Below the pieces are notes generated by a model. That model saw only the letters and a list, made by a program, of their open reading frames with translations. It ran no database searches and was not told the DNA's origin. Shown here one piece after another: positions 55,109 through 64,000 of a stretch of DNA of 64,000 bases. The stretch is from positions 32,001 through 96,000 of the forward strand of contig CAVZMI010000034.1 in assembly GCA_963776275.1 (NCBI GenBank), read 5' to 3'. The translations under genes were made by a program, and so were the position numbers. Position 1 is the stretch's first letter. The number at the start of each line of letters is the position of its first letter. The stretch is from Ignavibacteriota bacterium. Lineage in GTDB: Bacteria; Bacteroidota; Ignavibacteria; UBA10030; CAVZMI01.

Positions 55109-56077
55109 GTGAAAGCCATCATCATTTCACAAACCGGCGGACCTGAAGTGCTCGAATATAAATCAGCACCCATGCCGCACATTAAAGAGAATGAGGCGCT
55201 GGTCAAGATCGAAGCGATCGGCGTCAACTTCATAGACATCTACCACCGGAGCGGATTGTACCCTATCCCCCTCCCCTTCACCCCCGGCTCGGAAGCAGCA
55301 GGAATAGTCGAGGCTATAGGACAGAAAGTGACCGAGGTAACCATCGGCCAACGCGTTTCCTATGCAATGGTGATGGGTTCATACGCCGAATACGCCGCCG
55401 TCCCGGCGTGGAAACTTGTCCCGGTACCGGAAACCATTCCGATCCAGACAGCGGCAGCAACGATGCTGCAGGGTATGACGGCGCATTATCTCACTACATC
55501 TACGTATTCATTAAAATCCAACGATACCGTACTCATTCATGCGGCAGCAGGCGGAGTCGGACTGCTTCTTATCCAGCTTGCGAAGCGAATCGGAGCCCGT
55601 GTGATCGGTACTGTCTCGACAGAAGCGAAAGCCGCGCTCGCGCGCGAAGCCGGAGCCGACGATATCATTCTGTACACGCTGCAGGATTTCGAAACCGAGG
55701 TAAAAAAAATTACCGGCGGCAAAGGTGTGCAGGTTGTTTACGACTCGGTAGGCAAAGACACATTTGCAAAAAGTCTCGATGTACTCGTTCCACGCGGGAT
55801 GATTGTACTATTCGGTCAATCGAGTGGTGTCGTTCCTCCATTCGATCTGAATATTCTGAGTCAGAAAGGTTCTCTGTTTATTAGCCGGCCTTCACTCGGT
55901 CATTATACACTAACACGCGAAGAACTACTCTGGCGTGCAAACGATTTGTTCACATGGATCGTCAAAGGCGAATTAAAAATCCGGGTCGATCGAACTTACG
56001 CGCTGACGCAGGCGGCCGAAGCGCATCGTGCATTGGCTGGAAGAGAAACAACGGGGAAGGTGTTGCTGATACCGTAA
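55109..56077 (+). CDS. qor: NADPH:quinone oxidoreductase (zeta-crystallin family)
   Basis: GGPEVL, AIGVNFID, HAAAGGVG, YDSVGKDTF, FGQSSG and TTGKVLL. Confidence 0.92.
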   Translation: MKAIIISQTGGPEVLEYKSAPMPHIKENEALVKIEAIGVNFIDIYHRSGLYPIPLPFTPGSEAAGIVEAIGQKVTEVTIGQRVSYAMVMGSYAEYAAVPAWKLVPVPETIPIQTAAATMLQGMTAHYLTTSTYSLKSNDTVLIHAAAGGVGLLLIQLAKRIGARVIGTVSTEAKAALAREAGADDIILYTLQDFETEVKKITGGKGVQVVYDSVGKDTFAKSLDVLVPRGMIVLFGQSSGVVPPFDLNILSQKGSLFISRPSLGHYTLTREELLWRANDLFTWIVKGELKIRVDRTYALTQAAEAHRALAGRETTGKVLLIP

Positions 56078-56172
56078 ATTTTATATTGGAGCTCTTTAAA
56101 TTTGCACTGTCGTTAAATACGATAACATTTTCTTAGTTGACGTTCAGTGCTTTTTGACATACCTAACTATTT

Positions 56173-56511
56173 TTAAAAATATTCCAGCCAAATTTCGGAA
56201 AGATAAATCAGGACCCATTTATAATTAAATAGAAGTACGACTACCAGAATAACCAGTATTATCCTGAATATAATAGGCGCGGACTCTATCGGTCTTGCAA
56301 CGAAACCTGAAATTCTCTTGACAACACCCCACGGGATTAAAAGACCAATTACAGCGAAGAGCAGGGACGAGATCAAAATCTGAGTACCCGTATTATTATC
56401 GGCGGTACCATGCTCCTCAGTCATTGTAGCAAACACACCGGCAAAGAAGCCGACGACAGACCAACAGAACATGTAGCCCATCTTTAGGAAAACTTTGAAA
56501 AAGAATGACAC
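56173..56511 (-). CDS. Hypothetical membrane protein
   Basis: GGAGG RBS before GTG; three hydrophobic segments. Confidence 0.6.
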   Translation of the reverse strand: MSFFFKVFLKMGYMFCWSVVGFFAGVFATMTEEHGTADNNTGTQILISSLLFAVIGLLIPWGVVKRISGFVARPIESAPIIFRIILVILVVVLLFNYKWVLIYLSEIWLEYF

Positions 56512-56780
56512 TTGACCTCCGGTTTGATCTAATGTGTCATCTATAATAAATGCCTTAGTTGGTGTCCATAATAAAGAGGAGCGGGACTCCTCATAACGGT
56601 TAATCTACAAATTTTTAAACAAAATAAAAATGTCGTTGCAAGCTTTATTCCTTTTTACTTTTTCCTTAGAAAAAGCCATATAACACTTGCATTCCAGCTC
56701 TATCCACCATGATACTTGACAGAAGCAAACGACCACCGTATATTTCAGCCGAGAAGAAATAGGCAAGGGTAAAGGTTGAG

Positions 56781-58034
56781 GTGACCATGAATCAAATAGC
56801 TGAATCATACGTGAAGCTCGTCCTGGCTCTTGGCCTGCATGATGCAGATTATGTCGATGCGTATTATGGGCCTAAGGAGTGGGTAGGAGAGATAGAAAGA
56901 GAGGTAGAGGAAGAGGTAAAGTTTAAGGGTAAGAATGGGTCGCTTGATAGAATACGCGATGAGGCGAAATCGCTTCTCTCCGAGCTTCCACCAACAGCAG
57001 CTCCTACGGGCGATGAAATCGTGCAACTCAGACATAAGTATCTCACCAAGCAGATTCGAGCGCTGATCGCCCGAGCGGAAACACTTCTCGAAAAGAAATT
57101 ACTGTTCGACGAAGAATCGGAAGCGTATTACGATGCGATTGCACCGATTTACCCTGAAGATCATTTCAGGAAAATTCGAAACGATCTCGATTCGATACTT
57201 CCCGGCCACGGGAGAATTCCTGAACGGTATGATAATTTCAAAAACCAATTCATCATTCCCGGTGAGAAACTCGATGCCGCGTTTTCAGTCGCTATCGAAG
57301 AATGCAGGAAGCGCACAAAAGAACATATCTCCCTTCCGACGGACGAGAGTTTCAACCTCGAATATGTCAACAAAAAACCATGGAGCGGATATAATTGGTT
57401 TAAGGGAAATGCCCATAGCCTTATTCAGCTGAACACCGATCTTCCGATATTTATCGACCGGGCAGTCGATTTAGCCGCACATGAAGGATATCCCGGACAT
57501 CATGTGTACAATTCACTCCTTGAACTGCATCTCTTCAAACAAAAAGGGTGGGTGGAATTTTCTATATTTCCGCTTTTCAGTCCACAGGCATTGATTGCAG
57601 AAGGGACGGCAAATTACGGCATTGAAGTCGTATTCACTCCATCAGAGCGAATTGACTTCGAGCGGGAGATTCTCTTCCCTCTTGCAGGACTTGATCCTTC
57701 GAAAGTCGAGCTTTATTATAGAATACATGAACTCTCAATGCGACTCGCATACGCCGGGAACGAAGCAGCACGCGGATATCTTGATGGGAAGATCACCGCT
57801 GAAAAAGCCATCGAGTGGTTAGTCGAATATGCGTTAATGTCGCATCAACGAGCCGAGCAGCGTATAGAATTTTTTGATAAATATCGAAGCTATGTGATCA
57901 ATTATAATCTCGGTCAGGATCTGGTTAAACAATACCTAGAACGTCTCGGTGCGACGGCGGATAATCCGGCAAAGCGTTGGGAAGAGTTTGCGAAATTGTT
58001 GGCTTCTCCAAGGCTACCGTCGGGATTGCGATAA
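56781..58034 (+). CDS. Conserved hypothetical protein, DUF885-like putative metallopeptidase
   Basis: YVDAYYGP, AAHEGYPGHH, AEG-x-A and YVINY. Confidence 0.75.
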   Translation: MTMNQIAESYVKLVLALGLHDADYVDAYYGPKEWVGEIEREVEEEVKFKGKNGSLDRIRDEAKSLLSELPPTAAPTGDEIVQLRHKYLTKQIRALIARAETLLEKKLLFDEESEAYYDAIAPIYPEDHFRKIRNDLDSILPGHGRIPERYDNFKNQFIIPGEKLDAAFSVAIEECRKRTKEHISLPTDESFNLEYVNKKPWSGYNWFKGNAHSLIQLNTDLPIFIDRAVDLAAHEGYPGHHVYNSLLELHLFKQKGWVEFSIFPLFSPQALIAEGTANYGIEVVFTPSERIDFEREILFPLAGLDPSKVELYYRIHELSMRLAYAGNEAARGYLDGKITAEKAIEWLVEYALMSHQRAEQRIEFFDKYRSYVINYNLGQDLVKQYLERLGATADNPAKRWEEFAKLLASPRLPSGLR

Positions 58035-58106
58035 TACTACAAAGAAACCGCTCTACATCTGATGGCGTGAAATGTATCCGAAGAATGAATGGTATTTTTA
58101 ATATTG

Positions 58107-58140
58107 AAAAGGCGATCCTCTCCTCAGAGACCGCCTTTTT
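58107..58140. terminator. Bidirectional terminator between convergent genes
   Basis: AAAAGGCG...CGCCTTTTT. Confidence 0.7.
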
Positions 58141-58183
58141 GTTTTAGTTGATAACCCCGGGCTTAAAGCCATGGTCATGTCTA

Positions 58184-58561
58184 CTATTTTAACGCCGCTA
58201 CATCCTTCACGATAACTCCGTTGACACCGCCTGATGATCGGATAATTCCGTTCACAGTTACATTCCGTGCGATGAATCCCATCAGTTTTTCATTCGGCCC
58301 GCTCTTATGATTATCGGGCAGCAGAGATACATAGAGCTTCCCATCGGATGTAAGGATACCGAGCGCCCCACCCGCTTTTGCACACGACTCGGCGCAAGCC
58401 TTATGTCCTTCACCCCGTGCACCGTGTCCGAGATAACAGCTGATATCGACAACCTCGCCGGTGATTGTGGTTTCCTTCGCAGCGGATTTCGGTTTGTCCT
58501 GCGATTGCAGCAGTGTAACAAGCAGAACAAGTAGAATGAGGAATCCTATCGCTCTTCTCAT
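58184..58561 (-). CDS. Hypothetical secreted protein with Cys/His motif
   Basis: Signal peptide; GEVVDISCY...H-x-x-CA-x-x-C-x-x-x-G. Confidence 0.75.
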   Translation of the reverse strand: MRRAIGFLILLVLLVTLLQSQDKPKSAAKETTITGEVVDISCYLGHGARGEGHKACAESCAKAGGALGILTSDGKLYVSLLPDNHKSGPNEKLMGFIARNVTVNGIIRSSGGVNGVIVKDVAALK

Positions 58562-58950
58562 TGATCTTCTCCCCCCATTTCCCCCCTTTTAATATTAACT
58601 GTATAAAATAACTCTTTATTTTCATAACGATAGTACATGCTAGAGAGTTCCATTCACTTCCGCCCTACCACTAATACAAATTCCCCGTACCCCATATGAT
58701 CGATGAAGAAATGGAGAGTGATGGGCTAAAGCCCTTTATTGGGAATTTGGTTTTTCATCCACGAGCTGAAGCTCGTGGCTATTAATGCAAATGAATTTAT
58801 GCCCCAGAATAATTTCGGTCTTTTCATCCCCGAGTTTCTACCATCGAGCGGTAAAACTCCACCAAATTAGTCTGCCTCAGGAGTACACCTGTCCCAACGG
58901 TCTACAGACCTCTACGAGCCGCAGGCCGTAGGAGTCGTAGACCGCCGCCT

Positions 58951-59036
58951 TGTCCTGCCCTAAAGGACCACTTCGTGGAGCGAATTCCGCCGACTTGCCC
59001 TGAGCTTGTCGAAGGGAGGCGGAATGAGTCGAAGGA
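58951..59036 (+). repeat. Multiply nested REP-like element
   Basis: TGTCCTG[..]AGCGA[ATTCCGCC..TTGCCCTGAGCTTGTCGAAGGG..GGCGGAAT]GAGTCGAAGGA. Confidence 0.75.
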
Positions 59037-59248
59037 TTTCGTGTTCCGTTTTCGTTTATGTCCCACGATTTCGTGTTCTTTACGTCCCACGTTTCACAGT
59101 GGGACTGTGGGCCCAGTGGAGCAAGTGGGGCCCCCAATGGGGCTGGCGGAACTCCTTTGGAGTAGGCTTTCCAGAATTCTCCTTGAAATTTTTTCTTGAT
59201 TTGAGTACTATTGATGAACAACAGTATTAATTCAAAAAGGAGCACTCA

Positions 59249-61171
59249 ATGCAGCCACGTACGATTCCATATCTTTTCGAAGAGAGCGTTCGTAAATATG
59301 CCAAAAATATACTCATGTGGGAAAAAACCGGCGATCACTATACCGGCTCGACATACGAAGAGATCCGTGAGTCCATCTATCAATGTGCTGCAGGACTCCT
59401 GCATCTTGGTATACACAAAGGCGATAGGCTTGCACTCATCGCCGAAGGTCGGAATGCGTGGGTAATTTCCGAGCTGGGGATCTTTTATGCAGGAGCGATT
59501 AACGTCCCCCTCTCGGTGAAACTCAACGAACTCTCCGAAATAAAATTCCGACTTGCCCATTCGGGCTGCCGGATGGTCATCGTGTCGGCAAATCAGCTTG
59601 GAAAAATCCGTGAGGTCGAACCCGATCTTCCCGAGCTCGAAAAAATTATTATTCTGGATCCGTTGGATTCATACGAAGAAGACGAGATTCCGTTCGACGT
59701 GCTCTTGAAGCTGGGGGGCGAATATCTCAAAGATCACCGAAACGAATTCGATCAAACATGGCGGTATGTCGAAGAAAATGATGCGGCAAATATCTGCTAC
59801 ACATCGGGAACGACGGCAGATCCAAAGGGAGTCATTCTCACACATCGCAACTATACCGCAAACGTTGAACAGGCTTCCGCCCTGCTCCCCATTCCCGAAT
59901 ATTATTGTTCGCTTCTGATACTTCCCTGGGATCACTGCTTCGGACATACAGCCTGTATTTATACACTGATGCGCAACGGGGCGAGCATGGCGGCTGTGCA
60001 GGTCGGAAAAACCGGACTCGAGACTCTCAAGAATATTCCTATCAACATAAAGGAAACGCGTCCTCACTTTCTATTAAGCGTCCCTGCGCTGGCAAAAAAT
60101 TTTCGGAAGAATATAGAAAATGCAATAAAGGAAAAAGGACCGAAAGTCGAAAAACTTTTTCAGAAATCACTTAACTTCGCCTACGAATATAATGGAGAAG
60201 GATGGAACCGTGGGAAAGGTTTGAGAATGCTGCGCCGGCCTCTCTATCTTATCTTCGATCGGTTGATCTTCAGCAAGATCCGCGAGAATTTTGGCGGCAG
60301 GCTTGAGTTCTTTATCGGAGGCGGCGCTTTGCTAGATATCGAGCTCCAGAAGTTTTTTTATGCAATTGGGATTCCTATGTTTCAGGGATATGGGCTCACC
60401 GAAGCGACGCCCATTATCTCCGCCAATGTTCCCCTCAAACACAAGCTCGGTTCATCCGGATCGATCGTCAAAGATCTCGAAATAAAAATCTGTGATGAAA
60501 AAGGAAATGAGCTGTCTGTCGGACAGCAGGGCGAAATCGTTGTACGCGGTGAGAACGTGATGGCCGGCTACTGGAAAAACGAGAAAGCTACGAAAGAGAC
60601 CATACGCGACGGTTGGCTCTACACAGGCGACCTTGGATACCTGGATGAAGACGGATTCTTGTATGTACTTGGTCGCGATAAGAGTCTGCTTATCGGCAGC
60701 GACGGAGAAAAATACAGTCCCGAAGGAATCGAAGAGGCGCTCATAGCACACTCAGACTACATCGACCAGATCATGCTTTATAACAATCAATCACCCTATA
60801 CGGTGGCACTGGTCGTCCCGAATAAAGATGCGCTCCTCCGTGCCATGCATTCTGATAATCTAAGCTGCCACACAACGGAAGGACAGGACGCCGCCTTGCG
60901 TCGGATTGAATCGGATATCCAGGATTACAAAACAGGCGGAAAATACGCGGGGATGTTCCCGGAACGGTGGCTTCCTTCTGCCGTCGCCGTTCTGGGTGAG
61001 GGATTTACGGAACAGAACAGGTTTCTCAACAGCACGATGAAAATGGTACGGGGGAAAATTACCGAATTCTATCAGAACCGGATCGAATACCTGTTCACGA
61101 CCGAGGCAAAAAACATCTGTAATCCGCAAAACCGGATGATCATCAAACGATTTGAGGAACACCAGGAATGA
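59249..61171 (+). CDS. Long-chain fatty acid-CoA ligase (AMP-binding)
   Basis: YTSGTTADPKG, GYGLTE, RGENVMAGYW, TGDLG and GRDK. Confidence 0.92.
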   Translation: MQPRTIPYLFEESVRKYAKNILMWEKTGDHYTGSTYEEIRESIYQCAAGLLHLGIHKGDRLALIAEGRNAWVISELGIFYAGAINVPLSVKLNELSEIKFRLAHSGCRMVIVSANQLGKIREVEPDLPELEKIIILDPLDSYEEDEIPFDVLLKLGGEYLKDHRNEFDQTWRYVEENDAANICYTSGTTADPKGVILTHRNYTANVEQASALLPIPEYYCSLLILPWDHCFGHTACIYTLMRNGASMAAVQVGKTGLETLKNIPINIKETRPHFLLSVPALAKNFRKNIENAIKEKGPKVEKLFQKSLNFAYEYNGEGWNRGKGLRMLRRPLYLIFDRLIFSKIRENFGGRLEFFIGGGALLDIELQKFFYAIGIPMFQGYGLTEATPIISANVPLKHKLGSSGSIVKDLEIKICDEKGNELSVGQQGEIVVRGENVMAGYWKNEKATKETIRDGWLYTGDLGYLDEDGFLYVLGRDKSLLIGSDGEKYSPEGIEEALIAHSDYIDQIMLYNNQSPYTVALVVPNKDALLRAMHSDNLSCHTTEGQDAALRRIESDIQDYKTGGKYAGMFPERWLPSAVAVLGEGFTEQNRFLNSTMKMVRGKITEFYQNRIEYLFTTEAKNICNPQNRMIIKRFEEHQE

Positions 61172-61234
61172 ATTCAGTGTTTTTCATTCATATACTTTAA
61201 ATAAACTTCTTTCACCTATCGCATACTTCTTTCA

Positions 61235-62392
61235 ATGAAAGCACTGAATTTTGTGATTTTTTTCTCGGTTTTTTTTGCAATCTATGGACTCAGTAATTAT
61301 TACATTTACATTCGCGGCGCGCAGTCGATTCCGGCAGGATCGCCGCTTAAAGGCTGGTATGTAATAATATTCCTCGTTGTTTCTCTTTCCTTTATTGTAG
61401 GCAGAGTACTTGAGCGATTCACACTCTCATTTGTCAGCGAACTATTCGTCTGGATCGGGAGTATCTGGCTTGCAGCGATGCTGTATTTCTTCCTTGCCAT
61501 TATTCTTTTCGATTTTCTGCGATTGATGAATTTCATCTTTCACATTTTTCCATCATGGATCACCGATGATTACGGCAGAGCGAAGGCCATCACGGCGTTG
61601 GTGACAATCAGCGCGGTTGCAGTTCTTCTCGCGGCAGCGTTCGTCAATGCGTTGACCATTAGACTCCGTACACTCGAGATATCAATCCCTAAAAAAGTGG
61701 AAGAGATGAAAACGATGAACATTGTCGCCGTTTCGGATATTCATCTCGGCACAATTATCGGGCGAAAACGATTTGACAGGATTGTCGACAAAATCAACGC
61801 CCTGCAGCCGGATATCGTCCTCTTCCCCGGCGATATTGTCGATGAAGACCTAGCGCCGGTGATAAAAGAAAACCTGGGCGAATCCTTGAAGAATATCAAG
61901 CCGAAGTATGGAGTATACGCTATCACCGGAAATCATGAATATATCGGCGGAGTTGAAGAAGCCTGCCGGTATCTGATTGATCACGGAGTGACGATGCTCA
62001 GGGATTCCGTTGTAAAAATCAACCACGCTCTTTTCTTAATCGGACGTGAAGACAGGAGCATCGGACAATTTCAGGGGAAGCGGCGAAAGTCACTTGAAGA
62101 TCTCATGGAAGAAGTCGACCTGACGTATCCGGTTATCCTCATGGATCATCAGCCGTTTCACCTCGAGGAGGCAGTTCGGAATCGCGTTGATCTTCAACTT
62201 TCCGGACATACCCATCACGGACAGCTCTGGCCGTTGAATTATATCACCGAAAAGGTCTACGAGATCAGCTGGGGGTATGAAAAAAGAGAGCAGACACATA
62301 TTTATGTCTCAAGCGGTGCCGGTAGCTGGGGTCCGCCAATGAGACTTGGGAACACTCCTGAAATCATAAACATTCATCTTCACTTCGAATGA
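61235..62392 (+). CDS. Membrane-anchored metallophosphoesterase
   Basis: Transmembrane N-terminus; SDIHLG, GDIVD, GNHE, HQP and SGHTHHGQ. Confidence 0.92.
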   Translation: MKALNFVIFFSVFFAIYGLSNYYIYIRGAQSIPAGSPLKGWYVIIFLVVSLSFIVGRVLERFTLSFVSELFVWIGSIWLAAMLYFFLAIILFDFLRLMNFIFHIFPSWITDDYGRAKAITALVTISAVAVLLAAAFVNALTIRLRTLEISIPKKVEEMKTMNIVAVSDIHLGTIIGRKRFDRIVDKINALQPDIVLFPGDIVDEDLAPVIKENLGESLKNIKPKYGVYAITGNHEYIGGVEEACRYLIDHGVTMLRDSVVKINHALFLIGREDRSIGQFQGKRRKSLEDLMEEVDLTYPVILMDHQPFHLEEAVRNRVDLQLSGHTHHGQLWPLNYITEKVYEISWGYEKREQTHIYVSSGAGSWGPPMRLGNTPEIINIHLHFE

Positions 62393-62423
62393 CAGGTAGT
62401 GTAATTCCGGCAAAAATTCATCA

Positions 62424-63914
62424 ATGAAGGAGCATCCAATGCATTTTTTCCGATCGCTTTCCAAAAAAAGTGTTCTATTTTTATTCTTAATACTGATTCT
62501 TCATTCTTTTCAACTCGATGCGCAGCGATCCGGCATCGACGCCAGAAACGCACCTGAGTTCATCCAGCCGCTTCTTATCTATGAATATTGCAGAACCCTT
62601 ACATCACCGAAATACACCGGGCGTCTCACGGGGAGCGTTGGATATACAGAGGCAGCTCGATGGATAGAAACCCAATTAAGAGGATGGGGTTTACAACCTA
62701 TGGACACAGCCGGACATTACCTGCAGGGATTTCCAGCGGCATATTCAGAAATCAAAAATGCATCGATGACTATCATTCTTCCCGCCACTGTGGACTCGGC
62801 AACCAGAAAATTTGTCCTCGAACCCGTAAAGGATTTTCTTCCTTTCTTCTCCGCCGATTCAGGAACGCAATCAGGAAAAGCAGTATTTGCCGGCTGGGGA
62901 ATCAGCGCCCCCGAACTTGGTTATGATGACTATGCCGGGCTCGATGTCCGTGGAAAATTCGTCATGTGTTTTCGCAAGACACCCGATCCATCCGACGATC
63001 GATTCACACCCTTTAATGAGAGCCGTAGGCGCATGTCCATTGCTAAGGAACACGGTGCGATCGGGGTAATTGCCCTCAATGATGAAGTCCTAGCCCATCC
63101 ATATGGCGACCGGATCGCGAATTTCATCCCGGTAATGATTGCCTTCAAAACAGCGGACATGATTCTGGAAGAAAAAGGAACCCGATGCGATTCTCTCAAG
63201 GCTGTGCTTCTTCGAACGAAAAAACCCTCTTCATTCGAGACCGGGACTGTTATTGAGTGCACGGTCTCTTCACATTATCACCCGGATGAAAAGGGATACA
63301 ATGTTGTGGGGATTATTGAGGGCTCCGATTCAACACTTAAAAAGGAATGCATTGTCATTGGAGCTCATGCAGACCACTGCGGTCAGTTTAAAAATAAAAT
63401 ATTCTCAGGCGCCGACGATAATGCAAGCGGAACAGCCGTTGTAATGGAAATCGCACGTACCTTCGCTACACTTAATGTCAAACCGAAGCGCTCGATCGTC
63501 GTTGTGCTATTCGGTGGGGAGGAGATAGGATTGAAAGGCTCGGAATATTTTGTCTCGCATATTCCACAAAAATTTTCAAAAGTTGCCGGCATGCTCAATT
63601 TTGATATGGTAGGCGAGGGCGACGGAACGAATTGCAGCTTTTCTTCTTCTGATTTTAAAAATATACTAATTGAAGCTGACGGTCCGGTCGGAACTTTACA
63701 GAATACGCACCTTATGAAAAAGGATGAGGCATTGTTAAGCGACTATGCTTCATTTCTGAAACAGGGTATTCCCTGCCTGTCGTTCTCGTCAAACGGTCCG
63801 CATCTGAGTTATCATCAAACAGGAGACACACTCTACCGTCTCAATCCGGATATCATGGCGGACGTTGCCATTCTCGGTTTCCGGGCGGCATATATACTGG
63901 CGAATAGAGAATGA
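62424..63914 (+). CDS. M28 family aminopeptidase with PA domain
   Basis: GRLTGS, PA insert (GWGISAPELGYDDY), IGAHADH, GADDNASG, GEEIGL, NFDMVG, SDY and YHQTGD. Confidence 0.92.
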   Translation: MKEHPMHFFRSLSKKSVLFLFLILILHSFQLDAQRSGIDARNAPEFIQPLLIYEYCRTLTSPKYTGRLTGSVGYTEAARWIETQLRGWGLQPMDTAGHYLQGFPAAYSEIKNASMTIILPATVDSATRKFVLEPVKDFLPFFSADSGTQSGKAVFAGWGISAPELGYDDYAGLDVRGKFVMCFRKTPDPSDDRFTPFNESRRRMSIAKEHGAIGVIALNDEVLAHPYGDRIANFIPVMIAFKTADMILEEKGTRCDSLKAVLLRTKKPSSFETGTVIECTVSSHYHPDEKGYNVVGIIEGSDSTLKKECIVIGAHADHCGQFKNKIFSGADDNASGTAVVMEIARTFATLNVKPKRSIVVVLFGGEEIGLKGSEYFVSHIPQKFSKVAGMLNFDMVGEGDGTNCSFSSSDFKNILIEADGPVGTLQNTHLMKKDEALLSDYASFLKQGIPCLSFSSNGPHLSYHQTGDTLYRLNPDIMADVAILGFRAAYILANRE

Positions 63915-63967
63915 GGAAGCAGCGCTTGATTTCACTCGCATATTAATGCAGACAAGGTTGCCTCTAC

Positions 63968-64000
63968 AACTTTAAACTTTAAACCTTAAACCTTCAAACC
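63968..64000. repeat. Heptamer tandem repeat (AACYTTA)n
   Basis: AACTTTA AACTTTA AACCTTA AACCTTC AAACC, running to the window end. Confidence 0.8.

Noticed and set aside
58877-59245. ORFs over the nested REP region
   Set aside because: Translations are REP-derived low-information peptides with no recognisable domain.

Overview
Bacterial chromosomal window, probably an FCB-group organism (Ignavibacteria/Kryptonia-like). This assignment is inferred from a T9SS C-terminal sorting domain, DUF4835/PorD, a split transketolase and canonical sigma70-type promoters. Most of the window is housekeeping genes on the minus strand: rsmI, lat, purB, htrA, tkt, plsY, pnp-rpsO-ribF-truB-rbfA-infB-nusA-rimP, atpDC, trpEG, ltaE, lnt, ispF. 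About a dozen single-base frameshifts fall in conserved genes and look like uncorrected long-read errors. Two accessory regions stand out. (1) At 1-3400 there is an integron-like array of four unrelated co-oriented genes separated by three attC-like folding sites. All three share a non-canonical geometry: left core TATC instead of TAAC, a constant 3-nt spacer asymmetry and one large one-sided loop. No integrase is present in the window. (2) At about 20.4-26.6 kb there is an island encoding an HhH-GPD/FeS glycosylase, a sigma70-like factor, a ParB-like protein and an SNF2 ATPase, convergent with a SinI/Sau96I-like C5 methyltransferase and with no recognisable restriction nuclease. It lies between two copies of an ~88-bp promoter-containing repeat. 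The window also carries nested REP-like palindromes, one of them inserted in-frame into a coding sequence. No rRNA, tRNA or CRISPR array was seen.
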